Assembly: GCA_041648975.1 (NCBI GenBank)
Contig: JBAZNZ010000008.1
Span: 5,110 to 69,109 of the forward strand
DNA length: 64,000 nucleotides
DNA from: Candidatus Omnitrophota bacterium
GTDB taxonomy: Bacteria > Omnitrophota > Gorgyraeia > 2-01-FULL-45-10
Direction: 5' to 3'
This document shows, piece by piece, positions 27,087 to 36,688 of this stretch (its first letter is position 1; the number at the start of each line of letters is the position of its first letter). Made by a program: the position numbers and the translations under genes. Below the pieces are notes generated by a model. The model was not told the origin of the DNA. It did no database searches and saw only the letters and a list, made by a program, of their open reading frames with translations.

Positions 27087-27134
27087 AGCTTTCAGCTGTC
27101 AGCGCTGATGACTGACAACTGATAGCTGAAAGCT
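27087..27134. repeat. Palindromic intergenic element, copy 1 (11-bp perfect inverted repeat flanking a 28-nt core)
   Basis: agctttcagct...agctgaaagct. The core gctttcagctgtcagcgctgatgactga is repeated at 36094-36121 with 26 of 28 nt identical. Confidence 0.6.
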
Positions 27135-27136
27135 AT

Positions 27137-27805
27137 TTAACGCGGCAGATAATATGCCGGGTTTTGAGGTTCTCCGTCTTTGCGTATCTCGAAATGGAGG
27201 CAGGACTCCTGCGCCCGGCCCGTCCTGCCGACCCTTGCTATCACATAACCCTGCGTAACTTCATCTCCTACCTTTGACAGTATTTCTGAATTGTAGGAAT
27301 AGACGGTCTGGTATCTGTCACCATGGTCCAATATCACCGTCTTCCCGAAACCTTTTAAATACGCGTCGCAGTATACGACCTTCCCGGCCCTCGAAGCAAG
27401 TATGCTTGTTCCTTCGCGAGCCTCAATGTCGACGCCTTTGTTTATGACCTTACCTATCTTTGCGCCAAACGGCGAAACAACACGGCCCCTTACGGGCCAG
27501 ATAAACGTGTCTTTTGTGCTCGGTTTGTATACACTGGAGGCGCGTTCTTTAACGCGGCCGGGTATCAACAGCACCTGTCCTGTGCTGATCAATGTCGAAC
27601 CCTGGAGCGAATTTGCGTGTAATAACGTTTTGAGATCTATGTCGTATACCCTGGATATACTCCAAAGAGTATCGCCGCTCTTGACCGTATATCTCAGCGC
27701 TCCGGTAGATACCGGCGCGGCGCTGGGAGTGTAATGAGCTACCGGAGCAGTAGCGCAACCCGATAAAAGCGCGATAAATAGAAGAATTAATGATATTTTT
27801 TTCAT
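27137..27805 (-). CDS. LysM-domain M23 family peptidase lipoprotein (NlpD-like)
   Basis: Lipobox LLSGCA, a LysM domain (YTVKSGDTLWSISRVYDIDLKTLLHAN) and an M23 domain with HxxxD and HxH. Confidence 0.8.
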   Translation of the reverse strand: MKKISLILLFIALLSGCATAPVAHYTPSAAPVSTGALRYTVKSGDTLWSISRVYDIDLKTLLHANSLQGSTLISTGQVLLIPGRVKERASSVYKPSTKDTFIWPVRGRVVSPFGAKIGKVINKGVDIEAREGTSILASRAGKVVYCDAYLKGFGKTVILDHGDRYQTVYSYNSEILSKVGDEVTQGYVIARVGRTGRAQESCLHFEIRKDGEPQNPAYYLPR

Positions 27806-27835
27806 AAATAAAGGTTACTCTAGTAACATCAGCCC

Positions 27836-27942
27836 TTTCATATGTAGTCCCTCGTCAGCATATAGTCTAACTCCAACTTCCTCGGGATCAAATTTCGCTT
27901 GAGTTAAACTATGGCGAAATTTGGAGCGAGCGAGGGGAATCG
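27836..27942. repeat. 107-bp direct repeat, copy 1: the tRNA-Gly 3' 21 nt plus 86 nt of flank
   Basis: 100% identical to 28112-28218. Ends 31 nt upstream of the M23 gene start codon. Confidence 0.9.
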
Positions 27943-28111
27943 CCCCTCCGCTCGTCATAGCCTCGCTTCGGGCGGCCAAATTGGCCTCGTCCGGAGGCCT
28001 CGGCACTTCCTCGGACATTAAGTCCTCGGTCGCTGTCGGGCATAGCCCTTTTCCTTCCGTAAGGTCGGCGCAATTTGGCGTTCGATTCCCTGCAGCTTTT
28101 GATACCATTCT

Positions 28112-28218
28112 TTTCATATGTAGTCCCTCGTCAGCATATAGTCTAACTCCAACTTCCTCGGGATCAAATTTCGCTTGAGTTAAACTATGGCGAAATTTGG
28201 AGCGAGCGAGGGGAATCG
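28112..28218. repeat. 107-bp direct repeat, copy 2: overlaps the 3' end of the intact tRNA-Gly
   Basis: Aligned manually. Identical to 27836-27942. Confidence 0.9.
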
Positions 28219-28271
28219 AACCCCCGTGACCAGCTTGGGAAGCTGGTATTCTACCATTGAACTACGCTCGC
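28198..28271 (-). tRNA. tRNA-Gly, anticodon CCC
   Basis: The reverse complement folds as a 74-nt cloverleaf: acceptor GCGAGCG/CGCUCGC, anticodon loop UUCCCAA, T-loop UUCGAUU, discriminator U, encoded CCA. It is close to E. coli tRNA-Gly(CCC). Confidence 0.85.
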
Positions 28272-28293
28272 GTTTTGACACTGTTTTACTCTT

Positions 28294-29193
28294 TCAAAAT
28301 TTCGTTATCTTTTCAAAATGCCTGTACCTGGCTACGATATCGGCAAACGATAGCTTAAGCAGTCTATCTACACTGAAATCCTCAACAGCGAAAGAAGCAA
28401 GCACGCTTCCGTATATTATGCTTTTACGAATACTGGGCTCGTCTATGCGCCTTGAGCGGCTCAAATAACCCATCATGCCTCCGGCGAATGTATCCCCCGC
28501 GCCTGTGGGGTCATACACGTCATCGAGGAGATATGCGGGAGCGATAAAATGAGAATTTTTAGAAAAGTAGATAACACCATGCTCACCCTTTTTTATGACG
28601 ACCGCTTTCGGACCCATGGACACTAACTCCCTCGCGGCCCTCATCAGGCTCGAGCGGCCGGTGAACTGCCTGGCCTCGGCGTCGTTCAATAATAATATAT
28701 CGACTTTTTTAACAACCTTTTCGAACGCCCGCTTCTTGTGCGTGATCCAGTAATTCATGGAATCGCAGGCAACCAGTCTCTGTCCGGACATCTGGCCTAA
28801 AACGCCGTATTGCAGTTCCGGGTCTATGTTGGCAAGAAAAAGTATCGGTGATTTTTTAAGGGTATCCGGGATCTCGGGCTTGAAATCCTTAAATACGTTC
28901 AGGCGCGTATATATCGTATGCGCTGTATTAAGGTCGAAATCGTAAACGCCTTTCCACCTGAAGGTCTTCCCGTCGACGGCATGGAGCCCTTCGATGCCTA
29001 TGGACCTCTTCCTGAACAGGTCGAAATATTTTTTCGGGAAATCCCTGCCGACCGTAGCTATTATCCGGACTTTACAGAAAAAAGATGCTGCTACGGAAAA
29101 AAACGTTGCCGAGCCGCCCAGGGCCTCGTCCCTCTTGCCGAAAGGCGTCTTTACGGAATCGATGGCGACGGAACCTACGACTAAGATACTCAT
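28294..29193 (-). CDS. PfkB-family carbohydrate kinase (ribokinase-like), possibly heptose-7-P kinase
   Basis: GGSATFFSVAA N-terminal motif and DPTGAGDTFAGGMMG C-terminal signature. Confidence 0.8.
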   Translation of the reverse strand: MSILVVGSVAIDSVKTPFGKRDEALGGSATFFSVAASFFCKVRIIATVGRDFPKKYFDLFRKRSIGIEGLHAVDGKTFRWKGVYDFDLNTAHTIYTRLNVFKDFKPEIPDTLKKSPILFLANIDPELQYGVLGQMSGQRLVACDSMNYWITHKKRAFEKVVKKVDILLLNDAEARQFTGRSSLMRAARELVSMGPKAVVIKKGEHGVIYFSKNSHFIAPAYLLDDVYDPTGAGDTFAGGMMGYLSRSRRIDEPSIRKSIIYGSVLASFAVEDFSVDRLLKLSFADIVARYRHFEKITKF

Positions 29194-30471
29194 CTAAAGG
29201 CACCTTTCCGACATCTTTATCGAACAATACTCGCCGCACATAGTGCATACATCCCGCGTCCCTGGTTTTGAAGCGCCCCTGTATTTTTTTGGCTTCACAT
29301 CATCGATGGCAAGGGCGAACTGGCGTTTCCAGTTCCTCTGGCGCCTCGCATTTGAAAAATCTCTGTCCCATTGAGCAGCGCCCTTTACGCCCTTTGCAAT
29401 GTCGGCGGCGTGGGCCGCTATCTTGGAGGCGATCACGCCCTCTTTGACGTCTTCGAGCGACGGCAGTCTCAAATGTTCCGACGGTGTTACATAGCAGAGG
29501 AAGTCTGCGCCTAAACTTCCAGCCAGCGCGCCGCCTATAGCGCCCGTAATATGGTCATACCCGGGGGCGACATCGGTAACGAGAGGGCCTAGAACATAAA
29601 ATGGAGCTCCGCTGCAAATCTTTTTCTCCAGGTTTACATTCGTCTCTATCTGGTCTATCGGGACGTGGCCGGGCCCTTCGATCATGACCTGTACACCCCT
29701 CTTAACGGCCCTCTTTTGGAGCTCTCCCAACGTTAAGAGTTCAAGTATCTGCGGAGTGTCGGTTGCGTCCGCTATGGCGCCCGGACGCAGGCCGTCGCCG
29801 AGACTTAACGTTACGTCGTACTTTTTCGCAATATCCAGTATGCAATCAAAATGTTCGTAGAAGGGGTTTTCTCTATTGTTCCTCAGCATCCAGTCCGCTA
29901 TGAATGCGCCGCCCCTGCTTACTATATCCAGGATGCGGCCGTCGCGGCGCAGCGCGTCGATGGCTTTTCTTACAACGCCGGCGTGTATTGTGAAAAAATC
30001 CACTCCCTCTTCCGCCTGAGCTTCCAGGACCGAAAATATATCGTCCGGCGTAATGGAGCTTATGGAGCCGCTATCTTTTAACGCGTTTATAACGATCTCG
30101 TATATCGGGACCGTGCCGACCGGGATCTCGGACTCTTTAAGAATCCTGCTCCGGGTCTTGCCGACCTTCGCGCCGGTTGATAGGTCCATTATGGTGTCGG
30201 CGCCGTATTTTACGGCAAGACGGAGCTTCTTCAATTCGTGAGATATGTCGGATGAATCTTTTGAGGTGCCGATATTGGCGTTTATCTTTGTAGAAAGACC
30301 TTTTCCTATCGCGCAAGGTTTCGATATCCGGCGGCGCTCGTTCTTGGGTATTACTATCGTGCCGCAGGCTACGCCTTTTCTGACAGCATCCGCGTCTATC
30401 CGCTCTATCGCGGATATACGCCTCATGAGACCCGATATCTTACCGCTTCTGGCGATCTCTAATTGCGTCAT
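29194..30471 (-). CDS. thiC: Phosphomethylpyrimidine synthase
   Basis: Conserved ThiC core with C-terminal CTMCGEYCS. Confidence 0.9.
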   Translation of the reverse strand: MTQLEIARSGKISGLMRRISAIERIDADAVRKGVACGTIVIPKNERRRISKPCAIGKGLSTKINANIGTSKDSSDISHELKKLRLAVKYGADTIMDLSTGAKVGKTRSRILKESEIPVGTVPIYEIVINALKDSGSISSITPDDIFSVLEAQAEEGVDFFTIHAGVVRKAIDALRRDGRILDIVSRGGAFIADWMLRNNRENPFYEHFDCILDIAKKYDVTLSLGDGLRPGAIADATDTPQILELLTLGELQKRAVKRGVQVMIEGPGHVPIDQIETNVNLEKKICSGAPFYVLGPLVTDVAPGYDHITGAIGGALAGSLGADFLCYVTPSEHLRLPSLEDVKEGVIASKIAAHAADIAKGVKGAAQWDRDFSNARRQRNWKRQFALAIDDVKPKKYRGASKPGTRDVCTMCGEYCSIKMSERCL

Positions 30472-31104
30472 TTAGACAAGCGATCCTTTCAGTTCCTTGA
30501 CAGACCGGAAAGGATCATGCGACTGGCATACCGCCCTGATGACGGCCACCTTTTTAAATCCCTTCTCTGAGAGTTTGCGTATGTTGCTATTCTTTATTCC
30601 GCCTATCGCAAAAACCGGTATTCTGTATTTAATCATCTTGGAAAGGTTGTTAAATCCGAAGGCCTTACGGCGGCTCTTGATGGGTGTCATAAATACGGGC
30701 CCGGCGCCGAGATAATCGGCGCCTTCGGATATCGCCTTTCCGGCTTTTTTTATATCGTTAACGGATACGCCGACAAAAGAATCTTTTCCCGCCAGCCTCT
30801 TCACGGTAGTCACGCCGAAGTCTCCCTGTCCTATATGGATGCCGTCGCTGTCAATCGCGCAGGCAACCTCCGGCCTGTCATTGATGATAAGTGGAATGCC
30901 GTATTTATCGGCTATCTTCTTCAATGCCCTGGCGGTCTTTATCATATCCTGGGAAGAGGACTTCTTATCACGAAGCTGAAATATATCCGCCCCGGCCTTA
31001 GCCGACATTTCTGCCGTTGCGAGGAGCCTCTTCACACTCAAAAGATCCCTATCGAGTATCACGTAAAGCGAGGATCCTTTTAACAGCCTTTTTTTCGATC
31101 CCAT
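30472..31104 (-). CDS. thiE: Thiamine-phosphate synthase
   Basis: YVILD...GADIFQLRDKK...GIHIGQ. Confidence 0.85.
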   Translation of the reverse strand: MGSKKRLLKGSSLYVILDRDLLSVKRLLATAEMSAKAGADIFQLRDKKSSSQDMIKTARALKKIADKYGIPLIINDRPEVACAIDSDGIHIGQGDFGVTTVKRLAGKDSFVGVSVNDIKKAGKAISEGADYLGAGPVFMTPIKSRRKAFGFNNLSKMIKYRIPVFAIGGIKNSNIRKLSEKGFKKVAVIRAVCQSHDPFRSVKELKGSLV

Positions 31105-31495
31105 AAACCTTGAACCTCAATGTAGAGAACCTGCCCGAAGCCTTCTTATCGACCAATTTAAGAAACTCTTCCAGGACCCTGAGGGATTCTTTGACCCTCT
31201 CCATATTCGCGCAGAATATGTCGCATGGCCCCACCCTGTTCATCTCGCTTTTGTACCTGGAGGCCCTTCCGATGTCCCCTTCAGGATCCCTCGACTCGAC
31301 AAGCTTGCCGAAGCCGTCGGGTAGGCCTTTCATGACGAAAGATATCCCGTGGCGCGCGGATTTCAATTCGGATGTTATGGACGGGGAGCCGAGCATAAAA
31401 CGCGCTATCTCTTCACATACCCTCAATCCTTCCCGAGACCTGTTGAAGTTGGCATCGAGTATGCGCAAAATGTCTTTTTTAAGTATCCTATTCAT
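31049..31495 (-). CDS. Thiamine-operon-associated protein, ThiD2-like
   Basis: ILDANFNRSREGLRVCEEIARF resembles the ThiD2 domain recalled as often fused to ThiE. From memory only. Confidence 0.3.
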   Translation of the reverse strand: MNRILKKDILRILDANFNRSREGLRVCEEIARFMLGSPSITSELKSARHGISFVMKGLPDGFGKLVESRDPEGDIGRASRYKSEMNRVGPCDIFCANMERVKESLRVLEEFLKLVDKKASGRFSTLRFKVYGIEKKAVKRILALRDTR

Positions 31496-31962
31496 TTTGA
31501 CATCTTTTTTATCAAGGATGTAGTGGAGTAGCCTTTTAGAAAGGGAACGCTGACCACCCGTCCGCCGTGAGCCTTTACAAAATCCCCTCCCACGATATCT
31601 TTCAGTTTCCAGTCGCCGCCTTTGGCCAGGACATCCGGTCTTAACACTTTTATCAGCCTTTCGGGCGTATTCTCGTTGAAGATGACGGCGAAGTCTACGA
31701 AATAAAGGCTGGCTACGATCTTAGCCCTGTCGGCTTGAGCGTTTATCGGCCTCGAGGCCCCTTTTATCGATCTTACGGATGCGTCGGAATTGATGCCCAC
31801 GACCAGGATATCGCCCAGCTCTCTAGCCATCTTCAGGTATTCGACATGGCCCGCATGTAATATGTCGAAACAGCCGTTGGTGAAGACTATTTTTTTGTCC
31901 CGTGATCGTAATCCGGATAGTATACGGCTTAATGCCTGCGCCGATTTTACCTTGTGTTCCAT
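31492..31962 (-). CDS. D-glycero-beta-D-manno-heptose 1-phosphate adenylyltransferase (HldE domain II-like)
   Basis: IVFTNGCFDILHAGHVEYL cytidylyltransferase motif. Confidence 0.8.
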   Translation of the reverse strand: MEHKVKSAQALSRILSGLRSRDKKIVFTNGCFDILHAGHVEYLKMARELGDILVVGINSDASVRSIKGASRPINAQADRAKIVASLYFVDFAVIFNENTPERLIKVLRPDVLAKGGDWKLKDIVGGDFVKAHGGRVVSVPFLKGYSTTSLIKKMSK

Positions 31963-31963
31963 G

Positions 31964-32530
31964 TCAGGAGATAGCCCCTTCTATCAATTCGCATAAGACG
32001 TGGCATATTACCAGATGCGCTTCCTGCACTCTTGGCGTATTTTTTGAGCCTACAACTATCGAGATATCGCATTCATCTTTGAGTTTACCGCCGGGAGCGC
32101 CTGTGAGACCTATTGTTTTTATCCCTATAGAGGCGGCCTTCCTTATGGCTGCGATGACGTTCTCTGAATTACCGCTCGTGGATATGCCTAGAGCGACGTC
32201 TTCCTTCTTTCCTAAGGCCTCGACCTGCCTTGCAAAAGACGCGCCGTAGCCGTAGTCGTTCGCGATGGCTGTAAGGTTCGAGGTATTTGTCGTCAATGCG
32301 ACCGCAGCCATAGCCTTGCGCTCCTTCTTGAACCTGCCGACCAGTTCAGCGGCGATATGCTGGCTGTCGGCGGCGCTTCCGCCGTTCCCGAATACAATGA
32401 GTTTTCCGCCTGCCTTCAGAGATGCTATGATCACCTTGGCCGCTTTTTCAATATCAGCGGCTGCACTACCGGAGAGGCTTTTTTTTACCTCAATACTCTC
32501 TTTTATTATCTCGATTATTTTATTTATCAT
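31964..32530 (-). CDS. gmhA: Sedoheptulose-7-phosphate isomerase
   Basis: SIS domain: LIVFGNGGSAADSQHIAAELVGRF. Confidence 0.85.
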   Translation of the reverse strand: MINKIIEIIKESIEVKKSLSGSAAADIEKAAKVIIASLKAGGKLIVFGNGGSAADSQHIAAELVGRFKKERKAMAAVALTTNTSNLTAIANDYGYGASFARQVEALGKKEDVALGISTSGNSENVIAAIRKAASIGIKTIGLTGAPGGKLKDECDISIVVGSKNTPRVQEAHLVICHVLCELIEGAIS

Positions 32531-33564
32531 GAGAATGTCTTGGTCAATTCATACAATTTTATGTCAACGGTCTTTAGTTTGCCTACGCCTTCCTGGAGAG
32601 GGACGTCTTTTATCTCTGCCCCCGAAAGGCTCGTCATATAACCAAACTTGCCGGCCAACACGAGTTCCATCGCTTTTACGCCAAACCTCGTCCCGAGAAC
32701 ACGGTCGAAAGCTGTGGGAGAGCCGCCGCGTTGTATATGTCCAAGCACCGTTGAGCGTGTCTCGATTCCGGTGCGCTTCTGTATCTCGCCGGCCAGCCGC
32801 TCTCCTATGCCGCCCAACATGACATGACCGAAGGCGTCGAGTTTCGTTTCCTTTGTAACAAGGTCCGAGGCCTTGGGCTGCGCGCCCTCGGCTACCGCTA
32901 CTATGGAATAGAGCTTGCCTCTCGCGCGGCACTTCTTGAGTGTGTCGCATACATCATCAATATCTATGGGCACCTCGGGTATCAGGACGACATCGGCCCC
33001 TCCCGCAAGGCCCGAATAGAGGGCTATCCAGCCTGCATGCCGGCCCATGATCTCGACGACCATTACCCTGTGGTGGCTCTCGGCCGTAGTCCGTATCCTG
33101 TCTATGGCTTCCATGGCTATGTTCACAGCCGTATCGAATCCGAACGTGAAATCGGTCGCATTGAGGTCGTTATCGATAGTTTTCGGAACGCCGACAACAT
33201 TGACCCCCTGTCCTTCCTTGTTAAGCTTGTTAGCGACACCGAGCGTATCCTCGCCGCCTATAGCGATAAGGGCATCCAGTTTCAGCTTCTTATATGTGTC
33301 GATAACCTTAGCGACGTCCTCTTTGTTCTTATAAGGATTCGTCCGCGAAGTCCCAAGGATTGTCCCGCCTTTCCAAAGTATGTCTGCGACAGAATCGACT
33401 CCCAACTCCATGGTATCTGCCGATATGAGTCCTTTCCAGCCGTTCTTTATGCCCACGACCTCGACCTTGTTCTCGACAGCCTTCCTCACAACGGCGCGTA
33501 TAACCGCATTCAGGCCCGGGCAGTCCCCGCCGCCTGTCAAAACTCCAACTCTCTTCATGATCAC
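32527..33564 (-). CDS. pfk: 6-phosphofructokinase
   Basis: GVLTGGGDCPGLNAVIRAVV...MGRHAGWIA. Strong AGGAGG ribosome-binding site. Confidence 0.9.
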   Translation of the reverse strand: MIMKRVGVLTGGGDCPGLNAVIRAVVRKAVENKVEVVGIKNGWKGLISADTMELGVDSVADILWKGGTILGTSRTNPYKNKEDVAKVIDTYKKLKLDALIAIGGEDTLGVANKLNKEGQGVNVVGVPKTIDNDLNATDFTFGFDTAVNIAMEAIDRIRTTAESHHRVMVVEIMGRHAGWIALYSGLAGGADVVLIPEVPIDIDDVCDTLKKCRARGKLYSIVAVAEGAQPKASDLVTKETKLDAFGHVMLGGIGERLAGEIQKRTGIETRSTVLGHIQRGGSPTAFDRVLGTRFGVKAMELVLAGKFGYMTSLSGAEIKDVPLQEGVGKLKTVDIKLYELTKTFS

Positions 33565-33684
33565 TTCCTCCTTAAGTAAAAAGTCAAAAGGAAAAAGGTA
33601 AAAGTTATGTGTCGCTATCGCGACATTTATATTTAGGTCCGACGGACACTATACTTTTGCCTTTTTACTTTTACATTTTTTCTT

Positions 33685-34290
33685 TTAAAAATTACCGTAT
33701 TCGATGCTGCCCTTGTACTGCTGCGCCTTGTCGTCTTTCTTCGTATCCTTATGCGTCTCTTCTTTATGGACGATCTTTACGACGTGGACCTTTATATTGA
33801 TAGGCTCATCGACGCCTAACATGTCCTGCACGCGCGACTTGACCACGTTCTGTATCTTCTCGGTCGTCTCGGGGATATGAATGTCCGAGAAAAGCGTTAC
33901 CTTGTTCACTATGATTATGCCTTTCTTGCCGGCCCGTACATTGGGCTTCAACTCCTTGACTTCAGGCATCTGTTTGATGGCCCTCTTGATGAAGTCTTCG
34001 ATAGCGGACAATGATATTGTGACCTGGCCATCCGGATTCTCAAAAGCTATAGTCCTTTCCCGCTGGAACTTTCCCATCGTTAACTGCACGACCATCAGGC
34101 TTATGAAGATGATCAGTATGCCCGTGATACCAAGTATCAACCTTATATTGGCCGTCGCGTAAACGGAGTTAATCGCGTCGACCACCATTTCCGGAGGGAT
34201 CATGTTCAACGAGACGACTATCAAAATGCCGCCCATCAGGAGGAATACCAGCGTGTAAAAAAACAGTATCAACCCATTTACGAATCTCAT
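33685..34290 (-). CDS. Alkaline-shock-response membrane anchor protein, AmaP-like
   Basis: Two N-terminal TM helices and a soluble tail. Lies next to an Asp23 gene. Confidence 0.5.
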   Translation of the reverse strand: MRFVNGLILFFYTLVFLLMGGILIVVSLNMIPPEMVVDAINSVYATANIRLILGITGILIIFISLMVVQLTMGKFQRERTIAFENPDGQVTISLSAIEDFIKRAIKQMPEVKELKPNVRAGKKGIIIVNKVTLFSDIHIPETTEKIQNVVKSRVQDMLGVDEPINIKVHVVKIVHKEETHKDTKKDDKAQQYKGSIEYGNF

Positions 34291-34315
34291 AAATACCTCC
34301 GTTTCTTTGAACCCG

Positions 34316-34705
34316 TTAATTTTTTTTCTTATCAGCGCTTACGGGGAGGCGTACGCCTTCGACAGCCACATCAACTTCCGACAATACCAGCCCGGTCATC
34401 TTCTCTACCGCGCGTTTGACGTTCTCCTGGACCTCGTCGGCTATGCGCGGTATGTCAACACCGTACTCCACCAGTATAAAGACCGTCAACTTGACCTCGC
34501 TCTCCTTGGTCTGTATCCTTACGCCGCCCCCGAATGATTTTCTTAAGAATACGTCGCAAATGGTCCTGCGTATCCCCCCGCCCATCTTATAAACACCCCT
34601 GACCTCCAAGGCAGCGATGGACGCTATGGCAGTGATGGCTTCGTTACTTATCCTTACCATCCCGAGGTCGGTGGTCCTTTCTTTATGCGTATGCTCTTTG
34701 CTCAT
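34316..34705 (-). CDS. Asp23/Gls24 family envelope stress protein
   Basis: GMVRISNEAITAIASIAALEVRGV. Confidence 0.75.
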   Translation of the reverse strand: MSKEHTHKERTTDLGMVRISNEAITAIASIAALEVRGVYKMGGGIRRTICDVFLRKSFGGGVRIQTKESEVKLTVFILVEYGVDIPRIADEVQENVKRAVEKMTGLVLSEVDVAVEGVRLPVSADKKKN

Positions 34706-34737
34706 AACTGAAGATCCCTCCGATATGACCGTGCAGG

Positions 34738-36087
34738 TCACTCCGCTTTCTGGAAAAGGGTCTCGATAAAATCTGTCGAGAATTTTCCGCGTATAAATGC
34801 GGGGTTGTTCATCACCTTTTTATGGAACGAAATCGTCGTTTTGATCGGCTCTATAGTGAATTCATCCAGCGCGCGTTTGCAGATACTTATAGCCTCGGTC
34901 CTGTTCTTGCCGTGGACGATCAACTTGCCTATCATCGAGTCGTAATAAGGGGATATCTCATATCCGCAATATGCGTGCGTATCTAATCTTACGCCGCGGC
35001 CTCCGGGCAAATTTAATGTCGTTATCCTGCCCGGCGACGGCATAAAATCATTGTCCGGGTCTTCCGCGTTTATCCGGCATTCTATCGCGCTGCCGCTGAA
35101 CTTTATATCGTCCTGTTTGTAATGGACCCTGTCACCGAATGCTATCCTCAGTTGCTCCTTGATCAGGTCGATACCTGTGATTGCCTCTGTGATCGGATGC
35201 TCGACCTGTATCCTGGTGTTCATCTCCATGAAGTAGAACGACTTGTTGTCATCTACCAGGAATTCAACGGTGCCAGCGTTCAGGTAACCTATGCTCTTAG
35301 CGCATTTGACTGCGGCCTCGCCCATCTTCTTCCTTAGTTTGTCATCGAGGATGGGAGACGGGGTCTCTTCGATAAGTTTCTGGTGCCGCCTCTGTATGGT
35401 ACAATCCCTTTCGCCGAGATGGATTATGTGGCCGTGTCTGTCTCCAAGTATCTGTATCTCGATATGACGCGGCTTCTCTATGAACTTTTCCATATATACG
35501 GCGGGGTTGCCGAACGCTGCCTCAGCTTCGCGCTGCGCTGTCAGGAGGGCTGAGATGAGCCTGACGTCATTATGGCATATGCGCATCCCTTTACCGCCGC
35601 CGCCTGCGGCAGCCTTTACTATGACCGGATATCCCAGTTCCTTGGCAACCTTCAGGGCCTCTTCCTTCGTCTTCACAACGGTCTTGGAGCCCGGGATAGT
35701 GGGAACGCCCGCCTTTTTGGCCGAGTCTTTGGCGGCCATCTTGTCTCCCATGCGCCGTATGTTCTCCGGCGTAGGTCCGATAAATTTTATCTTGCACGAT
35801 TCGCATATCTCGGCAAAGTGGGCGTCCTCCGCCAGGAAACCGTATCCGGGATGGATCGCCTCGACGTCCGTTATCTCCGCGGCGCTTATGATGCTCGGTA
35901 TGTTGAGATAGCTGTTCGCGCTTGCGGCGCTTCCTATACAGATCGCCTCATCGGCATATTTTACATGAAGGCTGCTTATGTCGGGCTGCGAGTAGACCGC
36001 TACGGTGCGTATGCCGAGCTCTTTGCACGCCCTTATTATCCTGAGCGCCACTTCACCCCTATTCGCTATTAATATTTTATTGAACAT
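34738..36087 (-). CDS. accC: Acetyl-CoA carboxylase biotin carboxylase subunit
   Basis: [26 protein letters not shown] and an ATP-grasp domain. Confidence 0.95.
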   Translation of the reverse strand: MFNKILIANRGEVALRIIRACKELGIRTVAVYSQPDISSLHVKYADEAICIGSAASANSYLNIPSIISAAEITDVEAIHPGYGFLAEDAHFAEICESCKIKFIGPTPENIRRMGDKMAAKDSAKKAGVPTIPGSKTVVKTKEEALKVAKELGYPVIVKAAAGGGGKGMRICHNDVRLISALLTAQREAEAAFGNPAVYMEKFIEKPRHIEIQILGDRHGHIIHLGERDCTIQRRHQKLIEETPSPILDDKLRKKMGEAAVKCAKSIGYLNAGTVEFLVDDNKSFYFMEMNTRIQVEHPITEAITGIDLIKEQLRIAFGDRVHYKQDDIKFSGSAIECRINAEDPDNDFMPSPGRITTLNLPGGRGVRLDTHAYCGYEISPYYDSMIGKLIVHGKNRTEAISICKRALDEFTIEPIKTTISFHKKVMNNPAFIRGKFSTDFIETLFQKAE

Positions 36088-36093
36088 AGCTTG

Positions 36094-36121
36094 GCTTTCA
36101 GCTGTCAGCGTTGATGGCTGA
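36094..36121. repeat. Palindromic intergenic element, copy 2 (accB-accC spacer)
   Basis: gctttcagctgtcagcgttgatggctga matches 27088-27115 at 26 of 28 nt. Confidence 0.6.
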
Positions 36122-36128
36122 TGCTTAA

Positions 36129-36587
36129 TTACGCCGGTTCTATCACGAACAACACTTGCCCGAACTCGACCGGCTCCGCATTATCGACCTGTATGTCGAC
36201 TATCTTGCCCTTCACCTCGCTCTTTATCTCGTTCATGAGCTTCATTGCCTCGATGATGCATATCACCTGCCCGGGCTCAATGATATCCCCCATATTGACA
36301 TAAGGCGGCGCTTCCGGGGACGGCGCCCTGTAAAAAGTCCCGACCATAGGCGCTTTTATCTCTAACACGTTCTTCTTCTCGACCTTTTCCGCGGCCAGAG
36401 GCTGCTGTTTAGGCTCTGCCGCCGCGATCGGCTGCGTCACAAACTCGACCGCTTTATCGTAGCCGTTCGATCCCTTCCTGAGTTTTATCCTCACGCCCTC
36501 TTTTTCTATCTCCAGTTCAGTAAGGTTGTTCTCGTTCATAAGGTTGATCATATCTTTTATTTCTTTAATGTACATCAGCGCCCTCAC
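36129..36587 (-). CDS. accB: Biotin carboxyl carrier protein
   Basis: EAMKLMNEI biotinyl-lysine motif. Confidence 0.9.
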   Translation of the reverse strand: MRALMYIKEIKDMINLMNENNLTELEIEKEGVRIKLRKGSNGYDKAVEFVTQPIAAAEPKQQPLAAEKVEKKNVLEIKAPMVGTFYRAPSPEAPPYVNMGDIIEPGQVICIIEAMKLMNEIKSEVKGKIVDIQVDNAEPVEFGQVLFVIEPA

Positions 36588-36688
36588 TTTCTAATATCGG
36601 CATAACCAACATAGTTATTAAGTCTGACTTAATTACTTAATCGCTTAATTGCTTAATCACTCATATTGCTTAACCTGAATTTCTCGTG

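Noticed and set aside
27836-28271. Considered whether the two 107-bp repeats and flanking sequence could be a CRISPR array.
   Set aside because: There are only two repeats and they are 107 bp long. There are no short regularly spaced units and no cas genes. The repeat includes a tRNA 3' end, so an att-like duplication is the better explanation.
27815-28468. Three track ORFs (27815..28117 minus, 27921..28178 plus, 28187..28468 plus) across the tRNA and repeat region.
   Set aside because: They overlap a tRNA gene and its exact 107-bp duplicate, and give low-complexity Ser/Ala/Gly-rich peptides. They were rejected as coding.
33565-33684. Looked for a TPP riboswitch upstream of the operon containing thiC and thiE.
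   Set aside because: No GGGGUGC or CUGAGA motifs were found. The thi genes sit in the middle of a longer pfk-led operon.
35591-35806. Several 60-190-aa ORFs nested inside accC on both strands. The example here is the 71-aa minus-strand ORF at 35591-35806.
   Set aside because: They lie wholly within the highly conserved biotin carboxylase gene, in the wrong frame or on the wrong strand.
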